In this document: positions 19,008 to 28,250 of the stretch, one piece after another | Numbering within the stretch: position 1 is the stretch's first letter | Layout of the letters: each line of letters starts with the position of its first letter | From: Candidatus Woesearchaeota archaeon | GTDB lineage: Archaea > Nanobdellota > Nanobdellia > Woesearchaeales > JAGWAF01 | DNA: 55,568 nt | Direction of reading: 5' to 3' | Assembly (NCBI GenBank): GCA_016932755.1 | Contig: JAFGCE010000085.1 | Span: forward strand, 1 to 55,568 | The notes under the pieces: model-generated | What the model was told of the DNA's origin: nothing | Seen by the model: only the letters and a program-made list of their open reading frames with translations | Database searches by the model: none | Translations under genes and position numbers: made by a program

Positions 19008-20423
19008 CTACTTCTTTTTCAGGAGCCTGCCTCTCTCTATAAGAACTTTCATCGCCCTTGCAGCTTTTTTCAAATCGTTAAAATCAGGGATGTCATTCTC
19101 CTCAAGAAGCCTTCCTCCCTGCTTGCTGTAAAGCCCGCCCATATATGTGCAGAGAATCGGTTTTCCCGGGAACTTTTTCTGCGCCTGGATAACCCTAAGT
19201 GCGTCTTCTTTTGGGTCAGTCATTGTCTGCAGCGTCTGTATCACAATCAATCCGTGGATATAATCCTCATCCAGCAATGTGTTTACTGCAACCTCATATC
19301 TTTCAGGCAGGGCATCCCCTATAATATCAAGAGGGTTTCTCCTGGAATATGCTGGGTGCATCTTCCCGCTTTTGTCAAGCTTTTTCAGTGTGGATTCTTT
19401 CAGCTCAACAACATTAACCCCCAACTCTTCGCAGCTGTCTGCACACAGTACTCCGCACCCTCCTCCATTAGTCACAATTGCTACAGCATTCTCCCTGCAG
19501 GGAGGCTGGTAGGCCAGGGCTTTTGCCAAATCAAAAAGCTCCTCAACAGTATCTGCCTGTATCACTCCTGCCTGCCTGAATGCTGCTTTGTAGATTTCAT
19601 AGCTTCCTGCAAGGCTTCCTGTATGGGAGCTTATTGCTTTTTCTCCTGCAGATGTCCTGCCCGCTTTCAGGACAATTATGGGCTTTGTTTTGCTCACTTT
19701 TTTGCATACTTCAATAAACCTGTTTCCGTCTTTCAGCCCCTCAACATAAAGGGCGATTGCTTTTGTCTGGGGGTCTGCCGCAAGGAACTCAATAAAATCA
19801 TGAACATCAAGGTCTGCCTTGTTTCCGTAGCTGATAACAGCGCTTAAGCCGTATCTTTCGGCAACAGCCCAGTCAATTATGCTGTCTGCAAGCGCTCCTG
19901 ACTGGGAGATAAATCCGACAGGGCCTTCAGGAGGCATTGTCGGCGCAAAGCTTGCATTAAGGTTTTTATTCGGCCTGATTATCCCGAGGCAGTTAGGCCC
20001 TACAAGCCGCATCCCGTATTTTTCTGCGATCTTCAGGACTTCATTCTGCAGCTTTTCGCCTTCTCCGCCGACTTCTGCAAACCCTGCAGAGATTATTATT
20101 GCAAAAGGAATTTTCTTTTTTCCGCAGTCCTTGAGAACCAATGGAACAACTTTTGCAGGAACAGAAATAACCGCCAAATCAACCTCTCCGGGAACATCTT
20201 TTATCTGGCTGTAGCATTTTATTCCGAGGACATAATCAGCTTTTGGGTTCACAGGATAGACTTTTCCTGGAAAAGACTTGCAGTACTCGCTGCTCAAAAC
20301 ACAGCCTCTTACAAGGCTTTTCAATACCCCATATCCGACAGATTTGGGGTCTCTTGATGCTCCGATTACAGCAATGCTTGAAGGGCTGAACAGCTTTTCA
20401 AGGTCTTGTTTTTTTGCTTTCAT
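19008..20423 (-). CDS. acdA: acetyl-CoA synthetase (ADP-forming) / NDP-forming acyl-CoA synthetase, alpha subunit
   Basis: CoA-binding N-terminus (PSSIAVIGASRDPKSVG), CoA-ligase domains, and a phosphohistidine loop SSHTGSLAGS. Confidence 0.85.
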   Translation of the reverse strand: MKAKKQDLEKLFSPSSIAVIGASRDPKSVGYGVLKSLVRGCVLSSEYCKSFPGKVYPVNPKADYVLGIKCYSQIKDVPGEVDLAVISVPAKVVPLVLKDCGKKKIPFAIIISAGFAEVGGEGEKLQNEVLKIAEKYGMRLVGPNCLGIIRPNKNLNASFAPTMPPEGPVGFISQSGALADSIIDWAVAERYGLSAVISYGNKADLDVHDFIEFLAADPQTKAIALYVEGLKDGNRFIEVCKKVSKTKPIIVLKAGRTSAGEKAISSHTGSLAGSYEIYKAAFRQAGVIQADTVEELFDLAKALAYQPPCRENAVAIVTNGGGCGVLCADSCEELGVNVVELKESTLKKLDKSGKMHPAYSRRNPLDIIGDALPERYEVAVNTLLDEDYIHGLIVIQTLQTMTDPKEDALRVIQAQKKFPGKPILCTYMGGLYSKQGGRLLEENDIPDFNDLKKAARAMKVLIERGRLLKKK

Positions 20424-21082
20424 TTTTCAGATATTATCCTTGCATCCACAACAACCGCTGATTTTTCATTTACAATAACAGGATTAAGGTCAATTTCGGT
20501 TATTTTCTTGTTTTTGAGCCCGATGCTTGACACAGCCATCAGGATTTTTACAAGCGCATTGATATTGACAGAAGCCTGCCCCCTTGCTCCTTTCAGGATT
20601 GGGTATCCCTTAATTTCCTCAATCATCTCGATGCAGTCATCTTTTGTAAGAGGAGCAATCCTGAAGGACACGTCTTTCATCACTTCAACAAAAACACCGC
20701 CAAGCCCGAACATAACAACAGCCCCGAACTGCGGGTCTCTCTTAAGCCCGATTATCACTTCTCTGCCTGACTCCATTTTCTGGACAAGGATTCCTTCAGG
20801 CTTTGCCTTTATCTTTTCTTTTGCGCTTTTTGTTATCTCATCAAAAGCAGCAGCAACCTCTTTCTCGTTTTTTAAATCAACTTTCACTCCGCCAACGTCA
20901 CTTTTATGCACCACTTTCTTAGAAATAATTTTCATAGCCACAGGAAAACCAATTTTGGCTGCAAATCTTGCTGCCTGCTCTGGTTTTTTGGCAATTTTCC
21001 ATTCTGCATATAGCACAGAGAACCTTTTAAGAATGCCAAAAGCCTTCTCCGTCTCAATCATCTTTTGCATTAGTGCTGTCAT
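20420..21082 (-). CDS. acdB: acetyl-CoA synthetase (ADP-forming), beta subunit (ATP-grasp)
   Basis: ATP-grasp_5-like sequence (FPVAMKIISKKVVHKSDVGGVKVDL...). 4-nt overlap with the alpha-subunit gene. Confidence 0.8.
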   Translation of the reverse strand: MTALMQKMIETEKAFGILKRFSVLYAEWKIAKKPEQAARFAAKIGFPVAMKIISKKVVHKSDVGGVKVDLKNEKEVAAAFDEITKSAKEKIKAKPEGILVQKMESGREVIIGLKRDPQFGAVVMFGLGGVFVEVMKDVSFRIAPLTKDDCIEMIEEIKGYPILKGARGQASVNINALVKILMAVSSIGLKNKKITEIDLNPVIVNEKSAVVVDARIISEK

Positions 21083-21321
21083 GCGCCTTCTCTTTAAATA
21101 ATTTAATGAGTATTCAATAGGTATAAAATAATCATTATCTTAGACTACAACAATACTTATATATTATATGGCTTTTAGTTATTACTCTAAAGTGCACAAC
21201 CCTTTTTGCAAGTTAATTTATACCGCACTAACTAGGGGTAAAAAAACGTAACATATTAATAGTAGTAGTATTTATTTACCCGGTGAAGTAATAACTTCGC
21301 AAAAAAAGGGGGAGGATAGAA

Positions 21322-22122
21322 ATGATAGTAAAAGAAGAATTTTTGAGCAAGCTGAGGCGCTATTTTTCGCTGAATTTATACGAGGTTAAGATATGGGCTG
21401 CTCTGCTTTCGAGAGGTGTCTCAACAGCAGGAGAGCTTTCTGACATAGCAAACGTTCCACGATCAAGAAGCTATGATGTCCTTGAAAGCCTCGAGAAAAA
21501 AGGTTTTGTTGTTATGAAGCTAGGCAAGCCTATCAAATATATCGCTGTTCCGCCAACAGAGGTTGTCGAAAGGGTAAAGAAAAACATGAGGTCGGATGCA
21601 GAGGAAAAAGTAAAAAGGCTTGAAGATTTGAAAAGTACAGAAGTGCTCCAGGAGCTTACAACTCTCCACACCCAGGGAGTTGAGCTTGTTGAGCCTGCAG
21701 ACCTTTCAGGAAGCCTGAGGGGAAGGCACAACCTATACAACCATCTTGAGCTTACAATAAGAAATGCAGAAAATTCAGTAACAATGATGACTACAACACA
21801 GGGATTGATGAGAAAGATAGAGGGACTGAAGCCGACATTTGACAAGCTTAAGAAAAGGGGAGTAAAGATAAGAATAGCAGCGCCTATCACAAAAGAATCT
21901 GCGCCTGCGATAAAAGAGCTGGGCAATGTTGCTGAAGTGAGGCATACAGACGCAAAAGCAAGGTTCTGTGTTGTGGACGGAAAAGAACTGATATTCATGG
22001 TTCTTGACGACAAGGATGTCCACCCAACATACGATGTGGGCATATGGGTAACAACTCCTTTCTTTGCAGGAGCTGTGGAAAACCTGTTTGACCTTGCATG
22101 GAAAGGCATGAAAAAGGCTTAA
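21322..22122 (+). CDS. TrmB-family transcriptional regulator
   Basis: N-terminal wHTH: LNLYEVKIWAALLSRGVSTAGELSDIANVPRSRSYDVLESLEKKGFV. GGGGGAGG SD. Confidence 0.8.
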   Translation: MIVKEEFLSKLRRYFSLNLYEVKIWAALLSRGVSTAGELSDIANVPRSRSYDVLESLEKKGFVVMKLGKPIKYIAVPPTEVVERVKKNMRSDAEEKVKRLEDLKSTEVLQELTTLHTQGVELVEPADLSGSLRGRHNLYNHLELTIRNAENSVTMMTTTQGLMRKIEGLKPTFDKLKKRGVKIRIAAPITKESAPAIKELGNVAEVRHTDAKARFCVVDGKELIFMVLDDKDVHPTYDVGIWVTTPFFAGAVENLFDLAWKGMKKA

Positions 22123-22195
22123 GCCTTTTTTTCTTTCTTTTATTTTATTTTCAGTAAGGTTTTTATAGGTTTTTAGTTATTTTGGTGTTTATAAG

Positions 22196-23728
22196 ATGGC
22201 AGACCTCAAGAAGATAATAGAGGGGTTACACCCGCTGGAGAGAAAGACTCTTCCTGCTTTAGCTGGCTGCAGTTCCCTGCCTGACATTACAGCGAAGACA
22301 AAGCTGAAGGAAGTTGAGGTAATGAGAGCGCTTCAGTGGCTTGAAAACAAGGGCATACTGAAGATAAAGAAAGGCCTGAAAGAGGTTGTTGTTCTTGACA
22401 AGAACGGAAAGGAGTACCTGGAGAAGGGGCTGCCTGAGAAAAGGGTGCTTAAGGCATTGACAAAGGGGGATATACTCCTCGGGGATGTTGTGAAAAAAGC
22501 AGGCATTGAACCAGGGGAATTCAATGTTTCTCTCGGTGTTTTGAAAAAAAAGGCTGCAATCCTGATTGACGGAAAAACAGTTAAGATAACAGAGCCTGGA
22601 AAGAAATTCCTGGAAAAGGAAAGCTTTGAGGAAAAGCTGCTGAAAAAGCTTTCTGAAAGGGAGGTTGAGCTGAAGGAGCTTAAAGACGAGGAAAAGTTTG
22701 CGTTTGACAATCTTTCAAAAAGAAAGCAGATTATCAAATCGTCACTGCTGAAGCTTGTGGGCATTGAGCTGACAGAGCTTGGCAAAAAGGCGGCAAATGA
22801 AAAGATATCTGAGGGGAAGACAGCAGACAGGCTGACAGCATCCATGCTCAAGACAGGAGCATGGAAAGGAAAAACATTCAGGAGATATGATGTAAAGATT
22901 AATGTGCCTGAAATAACCGGCGCAAAAAGGCATTTTATAAGCCAGGCAGTTGAATATATCAGAAAAATCTGGATTGAGATGGGGTTCAAGGAAATGAAAG
23001 GAAGCCTTGTTCAGACTGCATTCTGGGATTTGGATGCATTGTTCGTTCCCCAGGACCATCCTGCAAGGCAGATGCAGGACACTTATTATCTCAAAGACCC
23101 GGCAGCAGGAAAACTTCCCTCCCCATTATGGAAAAAAGTAAAAGAAGTCCACGAAAACGGAGGGGACACAGGCTCAAAAGGATGGGGCGGGAAATGGTCA
23201 GAGGAAGCTGCAAAGCAGAATCTTTTGAGAACACATACAACCGTCTTGTCTGCGCAGACTATCAGCGCTTTAAAAGAGTCAGACCTTCCTGCAAAATTCT
23301 TCTCAGTTGCAAAGGTTTTCAGGAATGAGGCGCTGGACTGGAAGCACTTGTTTGAGCTTACTCAGGTTGAGGGAATTGTTGTTGACCCAAAGGCTAACAT
23401 GAAATACCTCAAGGGATACCTGAAGGAGTTTTTTGCAAAAATGGGATACCCTGATGTAAGGATAAGGCCAGGGCATTTCCCTTACACAGAGCCGAGCGCA
23501 GAGGTTGATGTCCTTCACCCTGAGAAAAACGAATGGATTGAGCTGGGAGGCTCAGGAATATTCAGGCCTGAAGTTGTAAAGCCTTTATTGGGTATAGAAG
23601 TCCCTGTGCTCGCATGGGGGCTTGGGATGGAAAGAACTGTCTCAGAATACTTCAAGATTAATGACATACGAGAACTTTACAAGAATGATTTAAGACAGAT
23701 AAGGAACATGAAAACCTGGATGAGATAA
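22196..23728 (+). CDS. pheS: phenylalanine--tRNA ligase alpha subunit (archaeal type)
   Basis: Class II aaRS motifs (FVPQDHPARQMQDTYY; FRNEALDWKHLFELTQVEG; GSGIFRPEV...AWGLGMER). 510 aa with an archaeal N-terminal extension. Confidence 0.93.
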   Translation: MADLKKIIEGLHPLERKTLPALAGCSSLPDITAKTKLKEVEVMRALQWLENKGILKIKKGLKEVVVLDKNGKEYLEKGLPEKRVLKALTKGDILLGDVVKKAGIEPGEFNVSLGVLKKKAAILIDGKTVKITEPGKKFLEKESFEEKLLKKLSEREVELKELKDEEKFAFDNLSKRKQIIKSSLLKLVGIELTELGKKAANEKISEGKTADRLTASMLKTGAWKGKTFRRYDVKINVPEITGAKRHFISQAVEYIRKIWIEMGFKEMKGSLVQTAFWDLDALFVPQDHPARQMQDTYYLKDPAAGKLPSPLWKKVKEVHENGGDTGSKGWGGKWSEEAAKQNLLRTHTTVLSAQTISALKESDLPAKFFSVAKVFRNEALDWKHLFELTQVEGIVVDPKANMKYLKGYLKEFFAKMGYPDVRIRPGHFPYTEPSAEVDVLHPEKNEWIELGGSGIFRPEVVKPLLGIEVPVLAWGLGMERTVSEYFKINDIRELYKNDLRQIRNMKTWMR

Positions 23729-23729
23729 A

Positions 23730-25379
23730 ATGCCTTCAATAAAAATAAACAAGGAAGTTGTTGAAAAGCTTGTTGGGAAGAAAGTACCTATTGACCAGCT
23801 GAAGGACAGAATCAGCATGCTTGGCACAGACCTTGAAGGGATTGAGGGAAACGAGATTAGTGTTGAAATATTCCCAAACAGGCCTGATTTGCTGAGCGAG
23901 CAGGGGCTTGCAAGGGCATTAAGCTCATTTATCGGAGCAAAGACAGGCTTGAGAAAGTACAGAGTCGGGAAGTCGGGCGAAAAAGTTATTATTGACAAGT
24001 CTGTAAAGGATGTAAGGCCTTTCACGGCATGCGCGATTGTTAAAGGGCTGAAGTTTGATGACGAGAAAATAAAGGAGATAATCCAGATTCAGGAAAAGCT
24101 CCATGTAACTTACGGAAGAAACAGGAAGAAATGCGCTATAGGAGTTTATCCGTATGAAAAGATAAAGCCGCCTATAAAATTTATCGCAAAAAAACCAGGC
24201 GAGATTAAGTTCCAGCCTCTCGAGGCATTCAAGGAAATGACAGGCTTGCAGATTCTGAGCCAGCATCCTACGGGAAGGGAGTACGGCTATCTGCTGGAAG
24301 GAAAAGACAAGTTCCCGATTTTTGTTGATTCAACAAATCAGGTATTGTCCATGCCTCCTATCATAAACTCTGAGCAGACAGGCAAAATCACAGAAAAAAC
24401 AACAGACGTGTTTGTCGAATGCTCTGGCTTTGATTTTGATGTTCTTCACAAATGCCTGAACATAATCGCAGCAGCGCTTGCTGACATGGGAGGAAAGATT
24501 TACTCAATGGAGTTAAGCTATCCGGACAGGAAAGTCACAACACCCAATCTTGAGCCTGTGCCTATGAAATTTGACACCAAATACATAAGCAGGATAATAG
24601 GGGTTGACTTCAAGGAATCAGAGATAAAAAAATATCTTGAAATGATGGGTTACGGCTATGAAAAAGGAAAAGCGCTTGTTCCTGCTTACAGGGCAGATGT
24701 TATGCACCCGATTGACCTGGCTGAAGACATCTGCATTGCTTACGGATATGAAAACCTTAAGGAAGAGATACCGAAAGTCGCTACAAACGCAGAAGAGGAC
24801 AAGTTCTATGTTTTCAAGGACAGGATAGCAAATATCTTTGTCGGATTGGGAATCCTGGAAGTAAAAACCTATCATCTCACTTCAAAGGAAAACCAGACAA
24901 AGAAGATGAAGTCTGATATCAGTGTCATTGAGCTTGCAAACCCAAATTCAAAGGAGTACCATGTTTTAAGGGCATGGATTATCCCAAGCCTTATGGAAGT
25001 TTTGGCAGGCAACAAGCACAATGAATACCCTCAGCACATATTTGACATTGGCACGATTTTCAAGAAGGGAAAGACAGACACAGGAGTTGAGGAGGCTGAC
25101 AGGCTGGGTGTTGTCCTGTGCAATGAAAAAGCAGACTTTACAGAGATAAAGCAGGTTCTTGACTATCTTATGAAGATGCTGGATGTGAAATACGAAATAG
25201 AAGAAACAGACAATTCAAGCTTTATTCCGGGAAGAGCCGGGAGAATTTCTGTCAAAGGGAAGAATGTTGCTTATGTTGGGGAAATTAATCCAGAGGTTCT
25301 TACAAGCTGGGAAATGCAGATGCCTGTAGCTGCTTTGGAAATTAACCTAACAGATTTATTTGAAGCAATCAAAAAATAA
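23730..25379 (+). CDS. pheT: phenylalanine--tRNA ligase beta subunit (archaeal type)
   Basis: B3/4 and B5 domain-like sequence (IEIFPNRPDLLSEQGLARAL...). Immediately follows pheS. 549 aa. Confidence 0.93.
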   Translation: MPSIKINKEVVEKLVGKKVPIDQLKDRISMLGTDLEGIEGNEISVEIFPNRPDLLSEQGLARALSSFIGAKTGLRKYRVGKSGEKVIIDKSVKDVRPFTACAIVKGLKFDDEKIKEIIQIQEKLHVTYGRNRKKCAIGVYPYEKIKPPIKFIAKKPGEIKFQPLEAFKEMTGLQILSQHPTGREYGYLLEGKDKFPIFVDSTNQVLSMPPIINSEQTGKITEKTTDVFVECSGFDFDVLHKCLNIIAAALADMGGKIYSMELSYPDRKVTTPNLEPVPMKFDTKYISRIIGVDFKESEIKKYLEMMGYGYEKGKALVPAYRADVMHPIDLAEDICIAYGYENLKEEIPKVATNAEEDKFYVFKDRIANIFVGLGILEVKTYHLTSKENQTKKMKSDISVIELANPNSKEYHVLRAWIIPSLMEVLAGNKHNEYPQHIFDIGTIFKKGKTDTGVEEADRLGVVLCNEKADFTEIKQVLDYLMKMLDVKYEIEETDNSSFIPGRAGRISVKGKNVAYVGEINPEVLTSWEMQMPVAALEINLTDLFEAIKK

Positions 25380-25382
25380 AAT

Positions 25383-25562
25383 TTATTTCTTCTTAACAGC
25401 GAAATAATAGACTATTGCTGTTATTATGCTGAAGACGATAGCTAAAACAATCCATACTATCTTATGGGAGTCTTTCATCTTTTTCTGCTTTGTCATAACA
25501 TCAAAGATTACCCACACAGCACAAACAAGCCCTATCAGCCCAACAAGTGTTCCGAATACCAT
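25383..25562 (-). CDS. small two-helix membrane protein (PLD-nuclease N-terminal-like)
   Basis: 59 aa from the ATG at 25562: MVFGTLVGLIGLVCAVWVIFDV...IVWIVLAIVFSIITAIVYYF. The longer ORF-track version overlaps the L14e tail and is rejected. Confidence 0.45.
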   Translation of the reverse strand: MVFGTLVGLIGLVCAVWVIFDVMTKQKKMKDSHKIVWIVLAIVFSIITAIVYYFAVKKK

Positions 25563-25572
25563 TTTGCACCTC

Positions 25573-25980
25573 TTATTTTTTCTTTCGCGAATTTGGAATC
25601 TCAGATTCCAATTTTTCTTCTTTTTTTGCTGCAGGTTTTTCTTTCTTTTTCTCTGCTTTTGACACTTTTTTTGCAAGCTCTTCTGTTTTCTCTTCTTTCT
25701 TCTTTCTTGCTTTCTTAGGCCTTTCTGCAGCTTTCCTTGGCTTTGTCTCTTTAACTTCAAGATTCAATTTTTTGAATTCAGAAACAACATCAGAATGGGT
25801 TGCCTTTGCCTTTATCTTTACTACCTGGCCCAAGGGCTCAAGGTGAAGGATATTGCACTTTCTCCTTCTTGTCTGCCCGTCTATCATAACAAAATTCTTG
25901 TCCAGAACTTCAACAACAACGCATTTCAAGCCTGCGTCCCTGCCAGCGATTTTTACGCATAATCTTCCAACTTCAATCAT
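25573..25980 (-). CDS. rpl14e: 50S ribosomal protein L14e with a Lys-rich C-terminal extension
   Basis: KOW-like start MIEVGRLCVKIAGRDAGLKCVVVEVLDKNFVMIDG, followed by about 55 aa of K/E-rich tail. Confidence 0.85.
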   Translation of the reverse strand: MIEVGRLCVKIAGRDAGLKCVVVEVLDKNFVMIDGQTRRRKCNILHLEPLGQVVKIKAKATHSDVVSEFKKLNLEVKETKPRKAAERPKKARKKKEEKTEELAKKVSKAEKKKEKPAAKKEEKLESEIPNSRKKK

Positions 25981-26032
25981 TTTTCCCTCCTATCTTCCTG
26001 TTAAGCAGCTGTTGCCATTACTGCGGAAGATT

Positions 26033-26299
26033 TCACTTTCTTGCTTTTTCAATTATCTTTTTTCTGGTGCAGGATGAGCACAAAACACCGCCGTAAGGTC
26101 TCTGAGGCCTTTTTGCTGTCTTAGGCATGTTCTGCATCTTATGGGGTCTTTCCCTAGGCACGCCTGGCAAAACTTTGCCGCAGCCGGCGCATTTGGCTTT
26201 AGACGGCTTTCTCTTCTTGAAAGCCATTACTGTCTTTCCCCCAGGAGTTCTCCTGAAGACTCTCCTCATGCTTCTTGATTTATGCTTTCCTGATACCAT
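26033..26299 (-). CDS. rpl34e: 50S ribosomal protein L34e
   Basis: RSMRRVFRRTPGGKTV start and zinc-ribbon Cys pairs (CAGCG ... CSSC). 88 aa. Confidence 0.9.
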   Translation of the reverse strand: MVSGKHKSRSMRRVFRRTPGGKTVMAFKKRKPSKAKCAGCGKVLPGVPRERPHKMQNMPKTAKRPQRPYGGVLCSSCTRKKIIEKARK

Positions 26300-26380
26300 A
26301 ACAGTGCAGGAAACTGGTTTTATTTAAAAAGCTTGCTGAAATTGGCTGATTGCAACTAAAACCAAATACCAAACCACAAC

Positions 26381-26390
26381 CTTTATATAT
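26381..26390 (+). promoter_or_regulatory. TATA-like box of the arsR-iscS-iscU operon
   Basis: 'ctttatatat' centred about 26 nt upstream of the ATG at 26412. The same 10-mer occurs at 44607-44616. Confidence 0.45.
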
Positions 26391-26392
26391 AA

Positions 26393-26414
26393 CATATGAA
26401 TTAGATTTCATATG
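26393..26414 (+). promoter_or_regulatory. perfect 8-bp inverted repeat (catatgaa-N6-ttcatatg), candidate operator
   Basis: Read directly. It lies between the TATA box and the start codon and includes the start codon, so it covers the predicted transcription start. Confidence 0.5.
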
Positions 26415-26714
26415 AAATGCCCATCATATAATCTGTTTTTTGAGACAATCGCAACAAAGGTAAGAATGGAGATAATGTGCCTTCTGAGGGAAGGACCTAA
26501 ATCTGTCAGCCAGATATGCAAAATTCTCGGAGAAGAACAGAGCAAAATCTCCCACAACCTCAAGAAAATGGCTGAATGCCACATACTTGATGTAAAGCAA
26601 GAAGGAAAGCAGAGAATCTACTCATTAAACAAGGATACAATCATACCCATCCTTGATTTGGTTGAAAAACATGTCCACAAATACTGCGGCCAGGAGTGCA
26701 TGAAGAAAAAATGA
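26412..26714 (+). CDS. ArsR/SmtB-family winged-HTH regulator
   Basis: 100 aa: VRMEIMCLLREGPKSVSQICKILGEEQSKISHNLKKMAECHILDVKQEGKQRIY. C-terminal Cys pair (YCGQEC). ATGA overlap with iscS. Confidence 0.75.
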   Translation: MKCPSYNLFFETIATKVRMEIMCLLREGPKSVSQICKILGEEQSKISHNLKKMAECHILDVKQEGKQRIYSLNKDTIIPILDLVEKHVHKYCGQECMKKK

Positions 26715-27877
26715 AAAAAATAATCTACCTTGACAATGGCGCAACAACAATGGCTGCTCCTGAAGTTGTTCAAGTTATGAACAAGTATCATTCTGAAAAA
26801 TACGGAAACGCATCCTCCCTGCACAGGCTTGGACGAGAGGCAAGTATGGCAATTGACGACGCAAGAAGAACTATTGCAAAATCAATAGGAGCCAAAGAGA
26901 CAGAAATCATATTTACATCAGGAGGGACAGAATCAAACAATTTTGCAATAAAGGGAATTGCATTTGCAAACAAAGGCAAAGGAAAACACATCATAACAAC
27001 AAAAATAGAGCATGACTGCGTTCTTAACAGCTGCAAATGGCTTAAGGAGGAAGGATTTGAAGTTACATACCTTAACGTTGACAAAGAAGGGTTTGTAAAT
27101 CCAGATGATTTGGATAAAGCAATAAGGAAAGACACCGTCCTTGTTACAGTTATCCACGGAAACAACGAGATTGGGACAATACAAGACTTGGAGAAATTAT
27201 ATGCAATATGCAAAAAGCACAATGTTTATTTTCACACAGATGCATGCCAGTCATACACAAAAACAGAGGTTTCAGCAAAGCACGCAGACTTAATAACATT
27301 AAATGCGCATAAAATCCACGGCCCAAAAGGAGTCGGAGTTCTTTACATAAAAAAAGGAACAAAAATAACTCCTGTTGCCCACGGAGGAGGGCATGAGTTC
27401 AGCCTGAGGTCTGGAACAGAAAATGTTCCTGGAATTGTCGGATTCGCAAAAGCTGTCCAGCTTGCAATGGACAGGAAGCATGTTGCATACATGGCAAAGC
27501 TGAGAGACAGGCTAACAGAAGGGCTTCTGGAAGTTCCTGGCACGATACTTAACGGACCAAGAGGGGGCAAGAGGCTTTGCAATAATGTCAATATAAGCTT
27601 CAAATACATAGAAGGCGAGGCAATAGGTACACATCTTGATTCAGAGGGAATCTGCAGCTCAACAGGCTCAGCTTGCTCGTCAAAATCTCTTGAGCCAAGC
27701 CATGTTCTGATGGCAATAGGAATGAAGCCTGAAGACGCCCACGGAAGCCTGAGGCTTACATTAAGCAGATACACTACAGAAGATGAAATTGACAAAGCAC
27801 TTGAAGTCCTGCCAAATGTTGTTGAAAAATTAAGGAAGATTTCTCCGCTTACAAGGGTGATTAAGCGTGTACTCTAA
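26711..27877 (+). CDS. iscS: cysteine desulfurase (IscS/NifS class)
   Basis: IYLDNGATT start, PLP-lysine context (LNAHKIHGPKG), active-site loop SSTGSACSS. Start placed at 26711 (ATGA coupling). Confidence 0.92.
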   Translation: MKKIIYLDNGATTMAAPEVVQVMNKYHSEKYGNASSLHRLGREASMAIDDARRTIAKSIGAKETEIIFTSGGTESNNFAIKGIAFANKGKGKHIITTKIEHDCVLNSCKWLKEEGFEVTYLNVDKEGFVNPDDLDKAIRKDTVLVTVIHGNNEIGTIQDLEKLYAICKKHNVYFHTDACQSYTKTEVSAKHADLITLNAHKIHGPKGVGVLYIKKGTKITPVAHGGGHEFSLRSGTENVPGIVGFAKAVQLAMDRKHVAYMAKLRDRLTEGLLEVPGTILNGPRGGKRLCNNVNISFKYIEGEAIGTHLDSEGICSSTGSACSSKSLEPSHVLMAIGMKPEDAHGSLRLTLSRYTTEDEIDKALEVLPNVVEKLRKISPLTRVIKRVL

Positions 27878-28250
27878 GAAAGTTCTGGATAAGTTTAAGG
27901 ACCCAAAAAATATGGGGGAAATAGAAAATGCAGACGGGCTTGGAAAGGTAGGCAATCCTGTGTGCGGGGATGTCATGTGGGTCTATATTAAAGTAAAAAA
28001 CAACAAGATAGAGGATGTCAAGGTAAAGACATTCGGGTGTGTTGCAGCTATAGCCACATCTTCAATGATGACCGAGCTCGCAAAAGGAAAAACACTTGAG
28101 GAAGCTGAAAAAATAACAAACATGGATGTTGCAGAAGCGTTAGAAGGACTTCCTCCTATAAAGATGCACTGTTCTAATTTAGCGGCAGATGCACTGCATA
28201 AAGCTATTGAAGATTACAGAAATAAAAAAAAGAAAAAAATAATCCGCTAG
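27867..28250 (+). CDS. iscU: Fe-S cluster assembly scaffold IscU/NifU-like
   Basis: Conserved GNPVCGD, FGCVAAIATSS and KMHCSNLA Cys motifs. GTG start overlapping the iscS end. Confidence 0.9.
   Translation: MYSKKVLDKFKDPKNMGEIENADGLGKVGNPVCGDVMWVYIKVKNNKIEDVKVKTFGCVAAIATSSMMTELAKGKTLEEAEKITNMDVAEALEGLPPIKMHCSNLAADALHKAIEDYRNKKKKKIIR

Noticed and set aside
20406-21101. 231-aa plus-strand ORF antisense to acdB. Similar long antisense ORFs occur at 21471..22109, 22333..22989, 13678..14187, 16814..17437, 50612..51079, 52079..52639 and 53186..53833.
   Set aside because: Each lies entirely within a confidently identified gene on the other strand. They have Ser/Phe/Leu-rich low-complexity composition, no SD or promoter, and no recognisable motif. 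These are typical shadow ORFs.
25563-25760. N-terminal 66 aa (K/Q/R-rich) of the 125-aa ORF 25383..25760, plus several plus-strand ORFs in the same tract.
   Set aside because: This is a low-complexity shadow of the L14e Lys-rich tail, encoded on the same DNA in another frame. An internal ATG at 25562 gives a sensible 59-aa two-helix membrane protein that does not overlap rpl14e.
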